DNA of 37,339 nt from a virus (Duplodnaviria; Heunggongvirae; Uroviricota; Caudoviricetes). The stretch is from positions 1-37,339 of the IMG/VR virus record IMGVR_UViG_2585427777_000002. One strand, given 5' to 3'. Of this stretch, positions 8,216-17,112 are shown in pieces (positions within the stretch are counted from its first letter, which is position 1; each line of letters begins with the position of its first letter). The translations under genes and the position numbers were made by a program. Below the pieces are notes generated by a model. It saw only the letters and a program-made list of their open reading frames with translations. It had not been told where the DNA came from and ran no database searches.

Positions 8216-8224
8216 GATAGTTCC

Positions 8225-8495
8225 GTTTTGCACATCCCTGTGCCGCCGCCCGTCAGAAGAATCCTGCTTTGTCGTTGATGTATTCCGCGTGGGTCTGGAT
8301 ATCACGCAGGCATTTACTCACACCGACGATGTAGCAGAACATAGTGGTCAGCTCCGCCGCCGCGCCCGATACGTCGTGCCCGTCTTCCTGTAACTGGTTC
8401 AGCAAATTCATCAGCAGTGAGTTCTCCGTCAGGCCGAGAACACCAGACGGCGAGTGAATCAGGCTACGGTAGCCGGGCTTCAGTGGGGCACTGTA
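8225..8495. repeat. right arm of about 270-bp inverted repeat (3' end of AntA-type antirepressor gene plus about 28 bp)
   Basis: Reverse complement matches 7003..7275. Confidence 0.85.
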
Positions 8496-8903
8496 TTCTT
8501 TTTTGTCTTCCAGCTTGATCGCCTCCATAATGGCGGGCATGAAGCCTGACAAGACCTTCTCCACTTTTGTTTCTTGTTGTCTTAAACGTTTCTCGCATTC
8601 AATGAAGTAGCGTCGTACCTGACGACCTTTTTCGTTACGCTCGACCATCGCCAGCTCTTTGGCTGTATCGAGGGTTAGGTGGTAGTCTTTTGCAGGACGG
8701 CCTCTGCCTATTTTTTCCCGAACTTGGGAAATAATCATAAAGTCTTGATTTTCAACGAAGCCATATTCAGCAATTCGTTCGACAATCCACGAAGCAAATC
8801 GCTTACCCACATCGAGGAAAGTGTGTAAATCACGGGCATTAACGAGAAGAGCGGTTTCGTTGGATATAGTGCCGTTGAATACGGGGATGAGTTGAGCGTT
8901 CAT
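8253..8903 (-). CDS. antirepressor with AntA/AntB-type N-terminal domain
   Basis: 216 aa; N-terminus ARDLHTFLDVGKRFASWIVERIAEYGFVENQDF typical of AntA-type antirepressors; C-terminal 80 aa shared with 6553..7245. Confidence 0.85.
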   Translation of the reverse strand: MNAQLIPVFNGTISNETALLVNARDLHTFLDVGKRFASWIVERIAEYGFVENQDFMIISQVREKIGRGRPAKDYHLTLDTAKELAMVERNEKGRQVRRYFIECEKRLRQQETKVEKVLSGFMPAIMEAIKLEDKKEYSAPLKPGYRSLIHSPSGVLGLTENSLLMNLLNQLQEDGHDVSGAAAELTTMFCYIVGVSKCLRDIQTHAEYINDKAGFF

Positions 8904-9173
8904 GATGGCGTCTCCACTTAGCGAATTACATCACCACCGCTGAGACCAATCAGATGGTGGTGAACTGAACGGAGTTGGTCTTACCGGCCTAAGTGGTACC
9001 GGCGTCCTTTCGGACCCCCATTCAGCCCACCATAATTCTGGCATGACTGTGCTATACGCATAAAAAAACCACGTCTGGCGTGGTATGCGCCACTTAGTAA
9101 TCCGGGAGACCAATCCCGGCACTGGATTTTGCCAGTGCCTGATTACTATGGCACAAGAGGAATGCGATGTAAA
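8904..9173 (-). promoter_or_regulatory. structured 5' leader with attenuator upstream of the AntA-type antirepressor gene (paralogue of 6287..6552)
   Basis: Same three-helix arrangement as the left copy; attenuator region (about 9062..9095) has stems GTGG/CCAC and CCACG/CGTGG plus T7 run, and a downstream hairpin GGTCC-gaaa-GGACC replaces GGCACC-gaaa-GGTGCC. Confidence 0.5.
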
Positions 9174-9190
9174 TTTACCGCAAAGGTAAT
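9174..9190. promoter_or_regulatory. operator-like palindrome TTTACCGCAAAGGTAAT at the AntA antirepressor promoter
   Basis: Perfect TTACC-N5-GGTAA; inverted counterpart of the 6270 site. Confidence 0.6.
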
Positions 9191-9217
9191 GATAGACACA
9201 GACAAACATTAAAATCA

Positions 9218-9231
9218 ACCATATTTGGTTA
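9218..9231. promoter_or_regulatory. palindromic motif AACCATATTTGGTT (second motif family)
   Basis: Read directly; abuts a TTGATT -35-like hexamer of the minus-strand antirepressor promoter and lies upstream of gene 9337. Confidence 0.45.
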
Positions 9232-9336
9232 ATTCGTGTAAAAGAGCCAGCAGCGAGAAATTGTGCCGCGACGTAAAATAACGAGCATCTGCTGGCTTAC
9301 AACCAGCGATGTTTCAAATTTGTCACTACTATCAAC

Positions 9337-9735
9337 GTGCCATTCCACGGCGCAGAACTTTATGTTGTCAATCACAACGGCGAACCGTACACCCCAATGA
9401 AACCTATCGTTGAGGGAATGTGTCTAGACTGGAAATCTCAACATAAGAAGATTTCTCAACGCTTCTCGAAGGGTATGGTGGAAATCACCATACCTTCTGC
9501 CGGAGGGGTGCAAGCCATGATTTGTATGGCTTTACGAAAATTGGCAGCTTGGTTGAACAGCATCAGTCCAAACAAAGTCCGCCCTGAAATCCGCGACAAG
9601 GTAATCCAGTATCAGGAAGAGTGTGATGATGTGCTCTACGAATACTGGACTAAAGGCCATGTGGTTAACCCACGCAAAGCTAAAAAGGCGTTGCCGGGTA
9701 AAATCACTACTGAGCAACAGGAGGTATACACTTAA
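9337..9735 (+). CDS. P22 antirepressor N-terminal-domain-like protein (short, start uncertain)
   Basis: Motif MKPIVEGMCLDWKSQHKKI resembles the N-terminal domain of P22-type antirepressors; ORF opens with GTG and has no convincing RBS. Confidence 0.55.
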   Translation: MPFHGAELYVVNHNGEPYTPMKPIVEGMCLDWKSQHKKISQRFSKGMVEITIPSAGGVQAMICMALRKLAAWLNSISPNKVRPEIRDKVIQYQEECDDVLYEYWTKGHVVNPRKAKKALPGKITTEQQEVYT

Positions 9736-9759
9736 CACTTGATCACATTAGCACAAAAC

Positions 9760-9776
9760 ATTACCTTTAAGGTAAT
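9760..9776. promoter_or_regulatory. operator-like palindrome ATTACCTTTAAGGTAAT upstream of gene 9796
   Basis: Perfect TTACC-N5-GGTAA 20 bp upstream of the start; -35-like TTGATC 17 bp before it. Confidence 0.6.
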
Positions 9777-9795
9777 GTTATTGTGAGGAAAAGCA

Positions 9796-10323
9796 ATGGA
9801 AGTTTTCTTAATCATCGTCGGCATCGTGATTATTAATTTTGTTTTTTTATTTATTGCAAAAAAACAAAAAAGTAACGATATGCATGTTTCTACAACTGAT
9901 GATCTTACCTTTGTAGAGCATGCACTGAATGTATCAGGATATAAACTCACCCCATACGGAGCTGGTGTATCACTCATGTCTTTAAGTAACGGTTTTTCAA
10001 AAGAAGAAACATTTTCACATATAGCTTTGATGGCTCTTTCTCAACACGCCAAAGTCGCAGGTAGTGACGCAATTGAGCTTAGTAAAGTTAGCATTCGTGC
10101 GATGTCGATAGCTGAAAACTTAACTAAATTATTCAGGAAAGGTCTTATTCGATCAGAAATATATAAAAATGATTTGAATGCTATCATGGCTGTCAGCACA
10201 ATTAATGAAAACCAAGAGGATTGGATTTCCATAGTTCTGGAAAGCAATAGCACATCTAACAAGGATACTATTGCTTTGCCGATAAGTGCAGAAGCTTCTT
10301 TAGAAGCCATAAACAGCCATTGA
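9796..10323 (+). CDS. hypothetical membrane-anchored protein (AT-rich cargo gene)
   Basis: 175 aa; N-terminal hydrophobic helix MEVFLIIVGIVIINFVFLFIA then a soluble domain; GAGGAAAAG RBS; visibly AT-rich; no family recognised. Confidence 0.6.
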   Translation: MEVFLIIVGIVIINFVFLFIAKKQKSNDMHVSTTDDLTFVEHALNVSGYKLTPYGAGVSLMSLSNGFSKEETFSHIALMALSQHAKVAGSDAIELSKVSIRAMSIAENLTKLFRKGLIRSEIYKNDLNAIMAVSTINENQEDWISIVLESNSTSNKDTIALPISAEASLEAINSH

Positions 10324-10344
10324 AAGAACTCCAATAAATATTGA

Positions 10345-13300
10345 TTAACGCATCACCGGATCCACTTGGTTTATTAGTGGCGCAATCCAGAACAGGTTAT
10401 TGCCGGGTATCAGGGTTCGGACATTATGCACAATACGATCACCGGCATCACCATTCAACACTCCTGCGGTCACATCAATGATGCTATCCGCAAGACCAAA
10501 TGACGGTCCGAATAGAGATCCTACGAATCCACGACTGGCATACCTAGACTGTGTGCCAGTGCCAAATAAAGCCCCCAGCCCAACAGCACCACCAGTAGCC
10601 TTTTCAGCCATGTTGTTATATTCCATCAATGGCCCAAGAATACCGGATCTATCTATACCCTCAAGCACCAGCTTCTCTGGTGACCAGTCAACATTTTTCC
10701 CTTTCGATGCTTCTTTAAGCGCATAGACCAGTGAGCCAAGAGCAATCTGAAATGCAGTGCCATAATAAAATTGCGCAGTTCCTTCCTGTAACCCACCAAG
10801 TAGCGCACGGTTGTATGAAGCCGTTGTGAATGATTTAAACTGAAATATCGTTCGCCCCATTGGAGTACTCGCCCATAAAGGTGTGTCACCAATACCGGGG
10901 GTGATGATAGTGTTATTAACGTCTTTCAGAACCGCTGACTGGAATACTCCGGCAACGTACTGATCGTCCCATTTATCAAAGTTACCAATGTGCCATCCAT
11001 CAATTACCTCACCATGTTTCTCGAACTCACTGCGAATACGCGCAGCCATATTGTCGTTGATACCGAGTTTTGCCATGCGACGTGCAGAAAACGCACCAGA
11101 CAAAATACCGTCTGACGTGAGCATTCCGTTCATGGATTTGTTTATGTCATTAAATCGATCCATGAGTGTCAGCTTGCCGAAGGCATCAGTAATTCGCTCC
11201 ATTCCTGCTTCGACTGCTGTTGTCCTGGAAGAACTGTCAACAAGATCACCAATTGCACGAGAACGTGAATGTAGTACAGCTTCCAATCCAATCCCCATCT
11301 TCAACATCTCTTCTTTGCTGGCCTTAAATGCCGGTGATTGGGATATCTGAGAAGCATAGCCTTTCATGGTGTTACGGAAACCATTAACCATAACCCCTCT
11401 GGCCAGATCTGGAATAGCTGATACTGTCATTCCACCGAGTTTGGTCGTGAAGTTCACATCCCGCAGAAAAGCGCCAGCACGAACAAAAAACGAAGACGGA
11501 TCATCAGGCATACCATATGTACCAACAAGACGATCGCGTAATGCTGTTATGTCTCTGAGATCATTTGCTCTTGATTTTGAAAGTCTGGACTGTTCTTTCC
11601 GTAATTCCTTTTCGTACTTTCGCATTAATGAATCGAGTTTACCCTGAGGAACAACTTCACCATTGCTCTCATAACGTGCTTTCAGATTTGCCACACTTTC
11701 GTCATATTTCGCCTTTATTTTTTCAGGCACTTCCCGTAACAGACTGTCATATTCGTCCTCAATTAATTGCAGACGCTCAGTCATAGTTCGTTTGCCAAAT
11801 GTTCTCGTCAACTCAATTTCTGCTGCCGCTTCACGGATATGACGTTGCAGCACGTAATTCACATCACTTTCAAGATAATCCCTGATAAGACTATCAGGAA
11901 CATTTAATGTTCTTTCTTTCGTACTACCTGCGGCTTTTACAGAAAATACGCTGACAAAATCCTGTGGAACCTTAGCACCAGTAATTTTATTAATTACGAT
12001 ATCCGCTGCAATTTCAGCATCCTCAGGATCCAGTGTTTTATTTCCTCTCGACCACCAGTCAACCAAAATACGTCGAAATTTATCGCGTTCACTGATTATT
12101 TTTCCAACTTTATATATGCGTGGGAAATAGCTTGCCTGGCCTAATGCTTTCAGTTCTTCATCTGGCGGCAATAAACCAAGCTTTTGCATTTCAACTTTCA
12201 CCCGATTTAATACAGTTCGCATCGCCTGCGCCGTTTCCTGAACAACAGGATTAGCATGCACATCACCGCTTCGCATAGCATTCCCAACCTGCTGACGAAA
12301 TGAATCAAAACTCATGTCACCACCATCAGCTTTATACTTTGCGTATGCCTGTTTATTTCCGACAACAACAGCAGCTTCTTCACGCTGCCATCCACGTGTA
12401 CGGGTTTCTACAGCTACCGGTGTTTCAATCCCCCTTTCATTTCCTTTAAGGGTGAAATTATTTTCGGCTAACTCCAGCGTTGTTTTTCGCACCGTCTTGG
12501 ACGGAGACTCCATTAACCTTGTCAAAGGAGTAAGATAGCTCCCTGCTTTCCATGCAGCCTTTCCAACCCACCCACCGGAAACAGGGGTTAAATCATCCAG
12601 AGTCGCTGTATCAATTTTCATAGCACCAACACTACCACCATCGGAAAGCGAAGCGGCAGCCCTGTCAGTCGCTGATGTAATGCTCATATTATCAAGAGCA
12701 TCAGCAACCTCACGTGTGGCTGCAGCCCGGACGGATGGCGAAAGCGCAACACCAGCACTGGCAAACACGCCGCTCATCATCGCACCCGCTGCAACGTGAG
12801 CGGCACTTTCACCCCATGAGCGTGTTATTTGCTGATTATTCAGTACAACCTCGCTTAATGCTGTACCGGCAGCACCAATCGCAATCTGTGAGCCAATACG
12901 CGCCAGTGCCCCTCCTTGAGCACCGGGAATAAACATTGACGCAACAGTAACCGGATCCATTCCCGCAGCAATACTGGCAAGGGTTCCAACTACGCCAGCA
13001 TCAGACAATAAACGTCTGTCTTCATTTTCATCATCTATCTGCTGCTTAATCCACGCCGTTTCCTCTGGCGATCGGGAATCTGCAAATTTCGCCCCCCAGT
13101 ATTCATAACCGTGCAACTCATTTTTATCAGCATATGGGTTATAACCCTCGACCGGTTCAAACTGTCTGGCAGGACGGAAAAAACCAGCCAGAATATTGTT
13201 CTGTCGTATTGCTGCGGCAAGCAATGAAGGCTCTTTGGGACGAGGTTCAGGGTTCTTACCTTCTGGCGGATGCACATCAAAACTCTGTTCATCAGGTTCA

Positions 13301-13365
13301 GGAATGGCGAAACCAGCAGAAATAAATCCGTTATTGTTTGATTCAGATACAGGATAGAACGGCAT
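10345..13365 (-). CDS. large internal virion/ejection protein (T7 gp15/gp16-like by synteny)
   Basis: 1006 aa; last of four consecutive genes following tail tubular protein B, the position of the T7 internal core proteins. Confidence 0.65.
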   Translation of the reverse strand: MPFYPVSESNNNGFISAGFAIPEPDEQSFDVHPPEGKNPEPRPKEPSLLAAAIRQNNILAGFFRPARQFEPVEGYNPYADKNELHGYEYWGAKFADSRSPEETAWIKQQIDDENEDRRLLSDAGVVGTLASIAAGMDPVTVASMFIPGAQGGALARIGSQIAIGAAGTALSEVVLNNQQITRSWGESAAHVAAGAMMSGVFASAGVALSPSVRAAATREVADALDNMSITSATDRAAASLSDGGSVGAMKIDTATLDDLTPVSGGWVGKAAWKAGSYLTPLTRLMESPSKTVRKTTLELAENNFTLKGNERGIETPVAVETRTRGWQREEAAVVVGNKQAYAKYKADGGDMSFDSFRQQVGNAMRSGDVHANPVVQETAQAMRTVLNRVKVEMQKLGLLPPDEELKALGQASYFPRIYKVGKIISERDKFRRILVDWWSRGNKTLDPEDAEIAADIVINKITGAKVPQDFVSVFSVKAAGSTKERTLNVPDSLIRDYLESDVNYVLQRHIREAAAEIELTRTFGKRTMTERLQLIEDEYDSLLREVPEKIKAKYDESVANLKARYESNGEVVPQGKLDSLMRKYEKELRKEQSRLSKSRANDLRDITALRDRLVGTYGMPDDPSSFFVRAGAFLRDVNFTTKLGGMTVSAIPDLARGVMVNGFRNTMKGYASQISQSPAFKASKEEMLKMGIGLEAVLHSRSRAIGDLVDSSSRTTAVEAGMERITDAFGKLTLMDRFNDINKSMNGMLTSDGILSGAFSARRMAKLGINDNMAARIRSEFEKHGEVIDGWHIGNFDKWDDQYVAGVFQSAVLKDVNNTIITPGIGDTPLWASTPMGRTIFQFKSFTTASYNRALLGGLQEGTAQFYYGTAFQIALGSLVYALKEASKGKNVDWSPEKLVLEGIDRSGILGPLMEYNNMAEKATGGAVGLGALFGTGTQSRYASRGFVGSLFGPSFGLADSIIDVTAGVLNGDAGDRIVHNVRTLIPGNNLFWIAPLINQVDPVMR

Positions 13366-16073
13366 TATTTAGATCCCCACGAAAAGTAATCTTTAAATTT
13401 GTCCATACGTTCGTTATGCAGGCGCTGATACTGCTCATCCAGAGCGCGATGCTTGTCTTTGAAGTTTCGTATAGCCTGTCCACGCATAATTTCTTCCTGC
13501 TCGTGCTGCTCCCGTTCCTGCTGCATTTTCTTATAAGGTTCCCAATCTTCTAGTGATGGCCCCCAGCGCATCTGTCTTCCATGCTTGTCATAAAATAAAT
13601 CATCCCTCGTAATACCATCTTTATCTTTTGTTCTGATCACAACTGAATAAAGCTTATCTCTCGGAGTTGATAAGTCAGGAACGAGAATCAACTCACCTCC
13701 AACCAGTGAGCGTGGCTTATTCAGTCCCAATGCACCAGCCTCAGTTGAAGGTCGGTTAAATGAAGGAGCCGGTTTATGTAAGTCATCGCCATACATGATT
13801 TTTTCTTTTTCAGCCTTCCATTGCGCTGCAATCCAGCCTGACGGCCCATATTGATAAAGCGCCTCCGGTGCATATTTCATAAACTGTGCTTCCCCGTTGA
13901 CCTCGCTGATACTCCAAGTGCGGGCTATCTGCTGGTTGGTCATTTGCTTCGCTACGTCAGCGTTACCACCAGCAAGGCGATAGTTAACGTCATACAGCAT
14001 CTGATAGTCATTGCGAAAGAGCGCTGCTTCCGGCGTCTGGTCATCCGCAGACGGATCCCAACGGAACCACTGCGCCATATTGCTGACAGCAGAATTGGCT
14101 GCGCTGTCACGCTCTTTTTTGTATTCTCTTGTACTCTGAACAGATGAGAGCTGCGCCCTTAGTGCATCTGTCTGGTTGTATGTCTTACTCTGCGCTTCCA
14201 CAATAGCAGCATCTGAAGACATCCCTGCATCAGTTAGTTGCTTAACAGTCAGATAAAAACCCTGCATATCCTTCGGCATATTTCCAATAGATGCATTGTC
14301 TGTTTCATATAACCGACTAAACAGTTCAGCCGCATTTTTAACCACTTCCTGATTGCTGGATCGGGATACTGCTGAAAGCTGCGTGATGACCTGCGAAGGC
14401 ATTATGCCAGTCTGAGCCACAAGCCGAACAACCCCATCATGAGTGGAGGCATCATTAATACGAAAGTTCTGCGCCATTTCTGTGTAATCAGCAGCTTTCT
14501 GCATTGACTTGTTGCTTGGGTCTAATTTCTCACCTATTGTCAGCGCCTCATTAAATCTGCGTGAATCCCGTTGCGCCTGAATTGCTTCATTTGATCTCTG
14601 AAGCAATGCAGACAATTTTCCGTAAGCATCGAGTTTTAACGCATAGTGAGGATCGTTAACCTCAGGCTTCACTTTCTGCATTTCTTCTTGCTGCTGAGAA
14701 GGAGGCAAATACTGAATTGCCTGGAATATTCTCGCGTTATCAATCGCTATATCCAGTTGGTTGATTATTTTATCTGCGTTTTTTCCATACCCCCTGATGA
14801 TGGTCTCCTGAGCCGGTATATAATCTGGAACCTCACCGTTATATAGCTGGGCCATGGTGTTATTAATAGCTGGCTCAAGCTGTTCTAATATTAACTTCCT
14901 TTGCTTTTCTATCTGACTATTAGCAAGGTTATCTATTTGATAAATAGTCAGCGGATCCATTCCAGTTTTATTTTTTCTATATCGGGAAAGCCACCCTTGT
15001 GTTTCTGATGGAAGATTTCTGATAAATTCTTCTTCTGATATTTCACCTTTACGTGGATCACCGACTTTGGCGATCAGTTTATCCACGTTACCCATCCCCC
15101 AGTTATATGCTGCTCCGGCCAATATTTCGGAGCCGTACTTACCATACAGTTGATTTACATAGTCACTGGCGAGCATTTCATGCTGTTGTTCGTCCGTAGG
15201 GTTGTATTCAACGCCACGCTTGGCCGCCAGTTCTTTCCCTGTGCCCGGCATTAACTGGTATTTCCCCTGGGCTCTCTCTCCAGAAGATGTTATCGGTCCT
15301 TCAAGAAGACTACCATCAGGATTAAAATGTCGATCACCTGATTCAACAAGGCGTATGGCACGCATGTCCATGCCTCCAGAATCATTTTTCTGAAACAGAC
15401 CATTTAGCCATCCTTCTGGATTGGCAGCGGCATAATTCTTCGCCCGCGTTTCTGTGGCACTGCGATCATCACTTTCTATTTCTTCCAGAATGCGTTCTTG
15501 TGACCATCCCCTGGCAGCTCCATATCTGGCAATGGCTACCATTCTGGAATTTCTGGCTAAAGTGGCAGTTTGCGGGTCATTCCAGGCATCCGCTTCATTT
15601 TGTATCCATAATTTTCTCGTTGCCTGATATTGCTCATCTTCATAGGCATTTGTCTGCCCTATCTCATGTCTGAGAACTCCAGTACTGAACTGAATTTTCT
15701 GTGTTCTGGCTTGTTGCAAAAACATATTTCTTGCTGCTTCATCAGTCAATGAAGCAGCTATTTCTTCCACATCCTGATCAAATCCAGATATGTACTCTTG
15801 CCCCTTACCAATCGCATTTTTGCCTTGTTGTGCATAAAAACCGGTTTGAGGGTTATAAAGACGTTCATTGCTGCGCTGATTAAGCTGAAGGATGGCATCC
15901 TGAGACAATGCAACATTCGCTTTCTGCCTGGCTTCACCATATGCCACCGCATACTGATCTGCGACATTCGCCAGCACCTGACCTGCTTGAGGAACATCGA
16001 AGGTCTGAAAACCACCGGTTTGCACACCACGACTTTGCACCTGGCGTCCGGATGTAGTAGGAACAACAGGCAT
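13365..16073 (-). CDS. internal virion protein with lytic transglycosylase (SLT) domain
   Basis: 902 aa; motif RAIRLVESGDRHF...AQGKYQLMPGTG...AYNWGMGNV typical of SLT-domain proteins; T7 gp15/gp16-equivalent position. Confidence 0.8.
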   Translation of the reverse strand: MPVVPTTSGRQVQSRGVQTGGFQTFDVPQAGQVLANVADQYAVAYGEARQKANVALSQDAILQLNQRSNERLYNPQTGFYAQQGKNAIGKGQEYISGFDQDVEEIAASLTDEAARNMFLQQARTQKIQFSTGVLRHEIGQTNAYEDEQYQATRKLWIQNEADAWNDPQTATLARNSRMVAIARYGAARGWSQERILEEIESDDRSATETRAKNYAAANPEGWLNGLFQKNDSGGMDMRAIRLVESGDRHFNPDGSLLEGPITSSGERAQGKYQLMPGTGKELAAKRGVEYNPTDEQQHEMLASDYVNQLYGKYGSEILAGAAYNWGMGNVDKLIAKVGDPRKGEISEEEFIRNLPSETQGWLSRYRKNKTGMDPLTIYQIDNLANSQIEKQRKLILEQLEPAINNTMAQLYNGEVPDYIPAQETIIRGYGKNADKIINQLDIAIDNARIFQAIQYLPPSQQQEEMQKVKPEVNDPHYALKLDAYGKLSALLQRSNEAIQAQRDSRRFNEALTIGEKLDPSNKSMQKAADYTEMAQNFRINDASTHDGVVRLVAQTGIMPSQVITQLSAVSRSSNQEVVKNAAELFSRLYETDNASIGNMPKDMQGFYLTVKQLTDAGMSSDAAIVEAQSKTYNQTDALRAQLSSVQSTREYKKERDSAANSAVSNMAQWFRWDPSADDQTPEAALFRNDYQMLYDVNYRLAGGNADVAKQMTNQQIARTWSISEVNGEAQFMKYAPEALYQYGPSGWIAAQWKAEKEKIMYGDDLHKPAPSFNRPSTEAGALGLNKPRSLVGGELILVPDLSTPRDKLYSVVIRTKDKDGITRDDLFYDKHGRQMRWGPSLEDWEPYKKMQQEREQHEQEEIMRGQAIRNFKDKHRALDEQYQRLHNERMDKFKDYFSWGSK

Positions 16074-16648
16074 CAGTAACCTCCTATTTTGAATCGGGAG
16101 TCAGAATTCATAAAACCTGAGTTAGATAACATTGGCGTCCCACCACTAGATGTACTTCCTTTAGAGAACGGACTCCACGTCCCACCAAACATCTGGTACG
16201 CACCGTATGCCTTCAGAGGCGCAGTGAGCAATGTTGTTGCTGCTCCCACATTCCCCTGTTTACGGGCTGAACTGGCTTCTGCTTTATAGTTGGCAGCCTG
16301 AACCTGATAACCGTAAGCCTCGCGTTGCGCGTTATTCACCGTCGTCAGCGAATCAAGAGCGCCAAACTGGGCAGTGTCGCCAAATATATCCAGCGCGTTA
16401 CCGGTAGATAAATCGGCGCCGGTCGCCCCCATTGTCGCCGCCTGTGTACCAAGCCGCTGTCGGGTCTCTCTGCGCCGTTGCTCAGCTTCAGCGTTACCTC
16501 TGTTTATTGCATCATTTGCCTGAGCTGTGGCTATATCTGCGTTCGCTTCTGCAACCTTCGAGGCATACTTTCCCTGTTGGTACTGGGTGTATGCCTGAAT
16601 GCCACTCATGGCGAGCATTGCGCCACCAGCAATAACCGGATCGCACAT
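16073..16648 (-). CDS. internal virion protein B (T7 gp14-like)
   Basis: 191 aa; N-terminus MCDPVIAGGAMLAMSGIQAYTQ resembles the Cys-containing N-terminus of T7 gp14; synteny. Confidence 0.6.
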   Translation of the reverse strand: MCDPVIAGGAMLAMSGIQAYTQYQQGKYASKVAEANADIATAQANDAINRGNAEAEQRRRETRQRLGTQAATMGATGADLSTGNALDIFGDTAQFGALDSLTTVNNAQREAYGYQVQAANYKAEASSARKQGNVGAATTLLTAPLKAYGAYQMFGGTWSPFSKGSTSSGGTPMLSNSGFMNSDSRFKIGGY

Positions 16649-17112
16649 TATTTTCTCTCCATGTGAAATCTGTGGAAATTAAGACCAAGAGCACCATAAG
16701 GCGCGGCTTCTTCAAGCCTGAATCCAAGCCAGTGCAGCCATGCTTTGGCAACATGGTTTCGCTCATCGACGTAGTTTTCCAGGCGCGGATAAACTGCCAG
16801 CATCTGCTGCAATACAGGGCGGCAGTGGCGAAGAAATGTCTTCTGATATTTTTCAATACGGCTGGTTCCTACCAGCCAGGGCGTACCATTGCCACCGATC
16901 ATTGACGCCGGAGATACGCCAAACATGGTTACCAGTTCTCCGTTCGCAAATCCTGACCAGGCCATAGTCGCAGTGCGAAGACCAACACGCAGCGCATCTT
17001 CGGTAGTCATCAGCGATACCGCATACAGTTCGTCAATATCAGCCTGACGAACATCCGGCAAAATCATCTGAAGATGCTCTTCGGTAGCGGGAACAATTCG
17101 AACATCGATCAT
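16648..17112 (-). CDS. hypothetical virion protein (T7 gp13 position)
   Basis: 154 aa between the gp12-like and gp14-like genes; assigned by synteny only. Confidence 0.45.
   Translation of the reverse strand: MIDVRIVPATEEHLQMILPDVRQADIDELYAVSLMTTEDALRVGLRTATMAWSGFANGELVTMFGVSPASMIGGNGTPWLVGTSRIEKYQKTFLRHCRPVLQQMLAVYPRLENYVDERNHVAKAWLHWLGFRLEEAAPYGALGLNFHRFHMERK

Noticed and set aside
7276-8224. Site-specific invertible segment of the Gin/Hin/Cin type
   Set aside because: No serine invertase gene and no short crossover-type repeats were seen; the long inverted repeats are coding-sequence duplications, so any inversion would be by homologous recombination.
9218-9231. AACCA-N4-TGGTT motif as an IHF site
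   Set aside because: The sequence around ATCAACC does not fit WATCAANNNNTTR at the right spacing.
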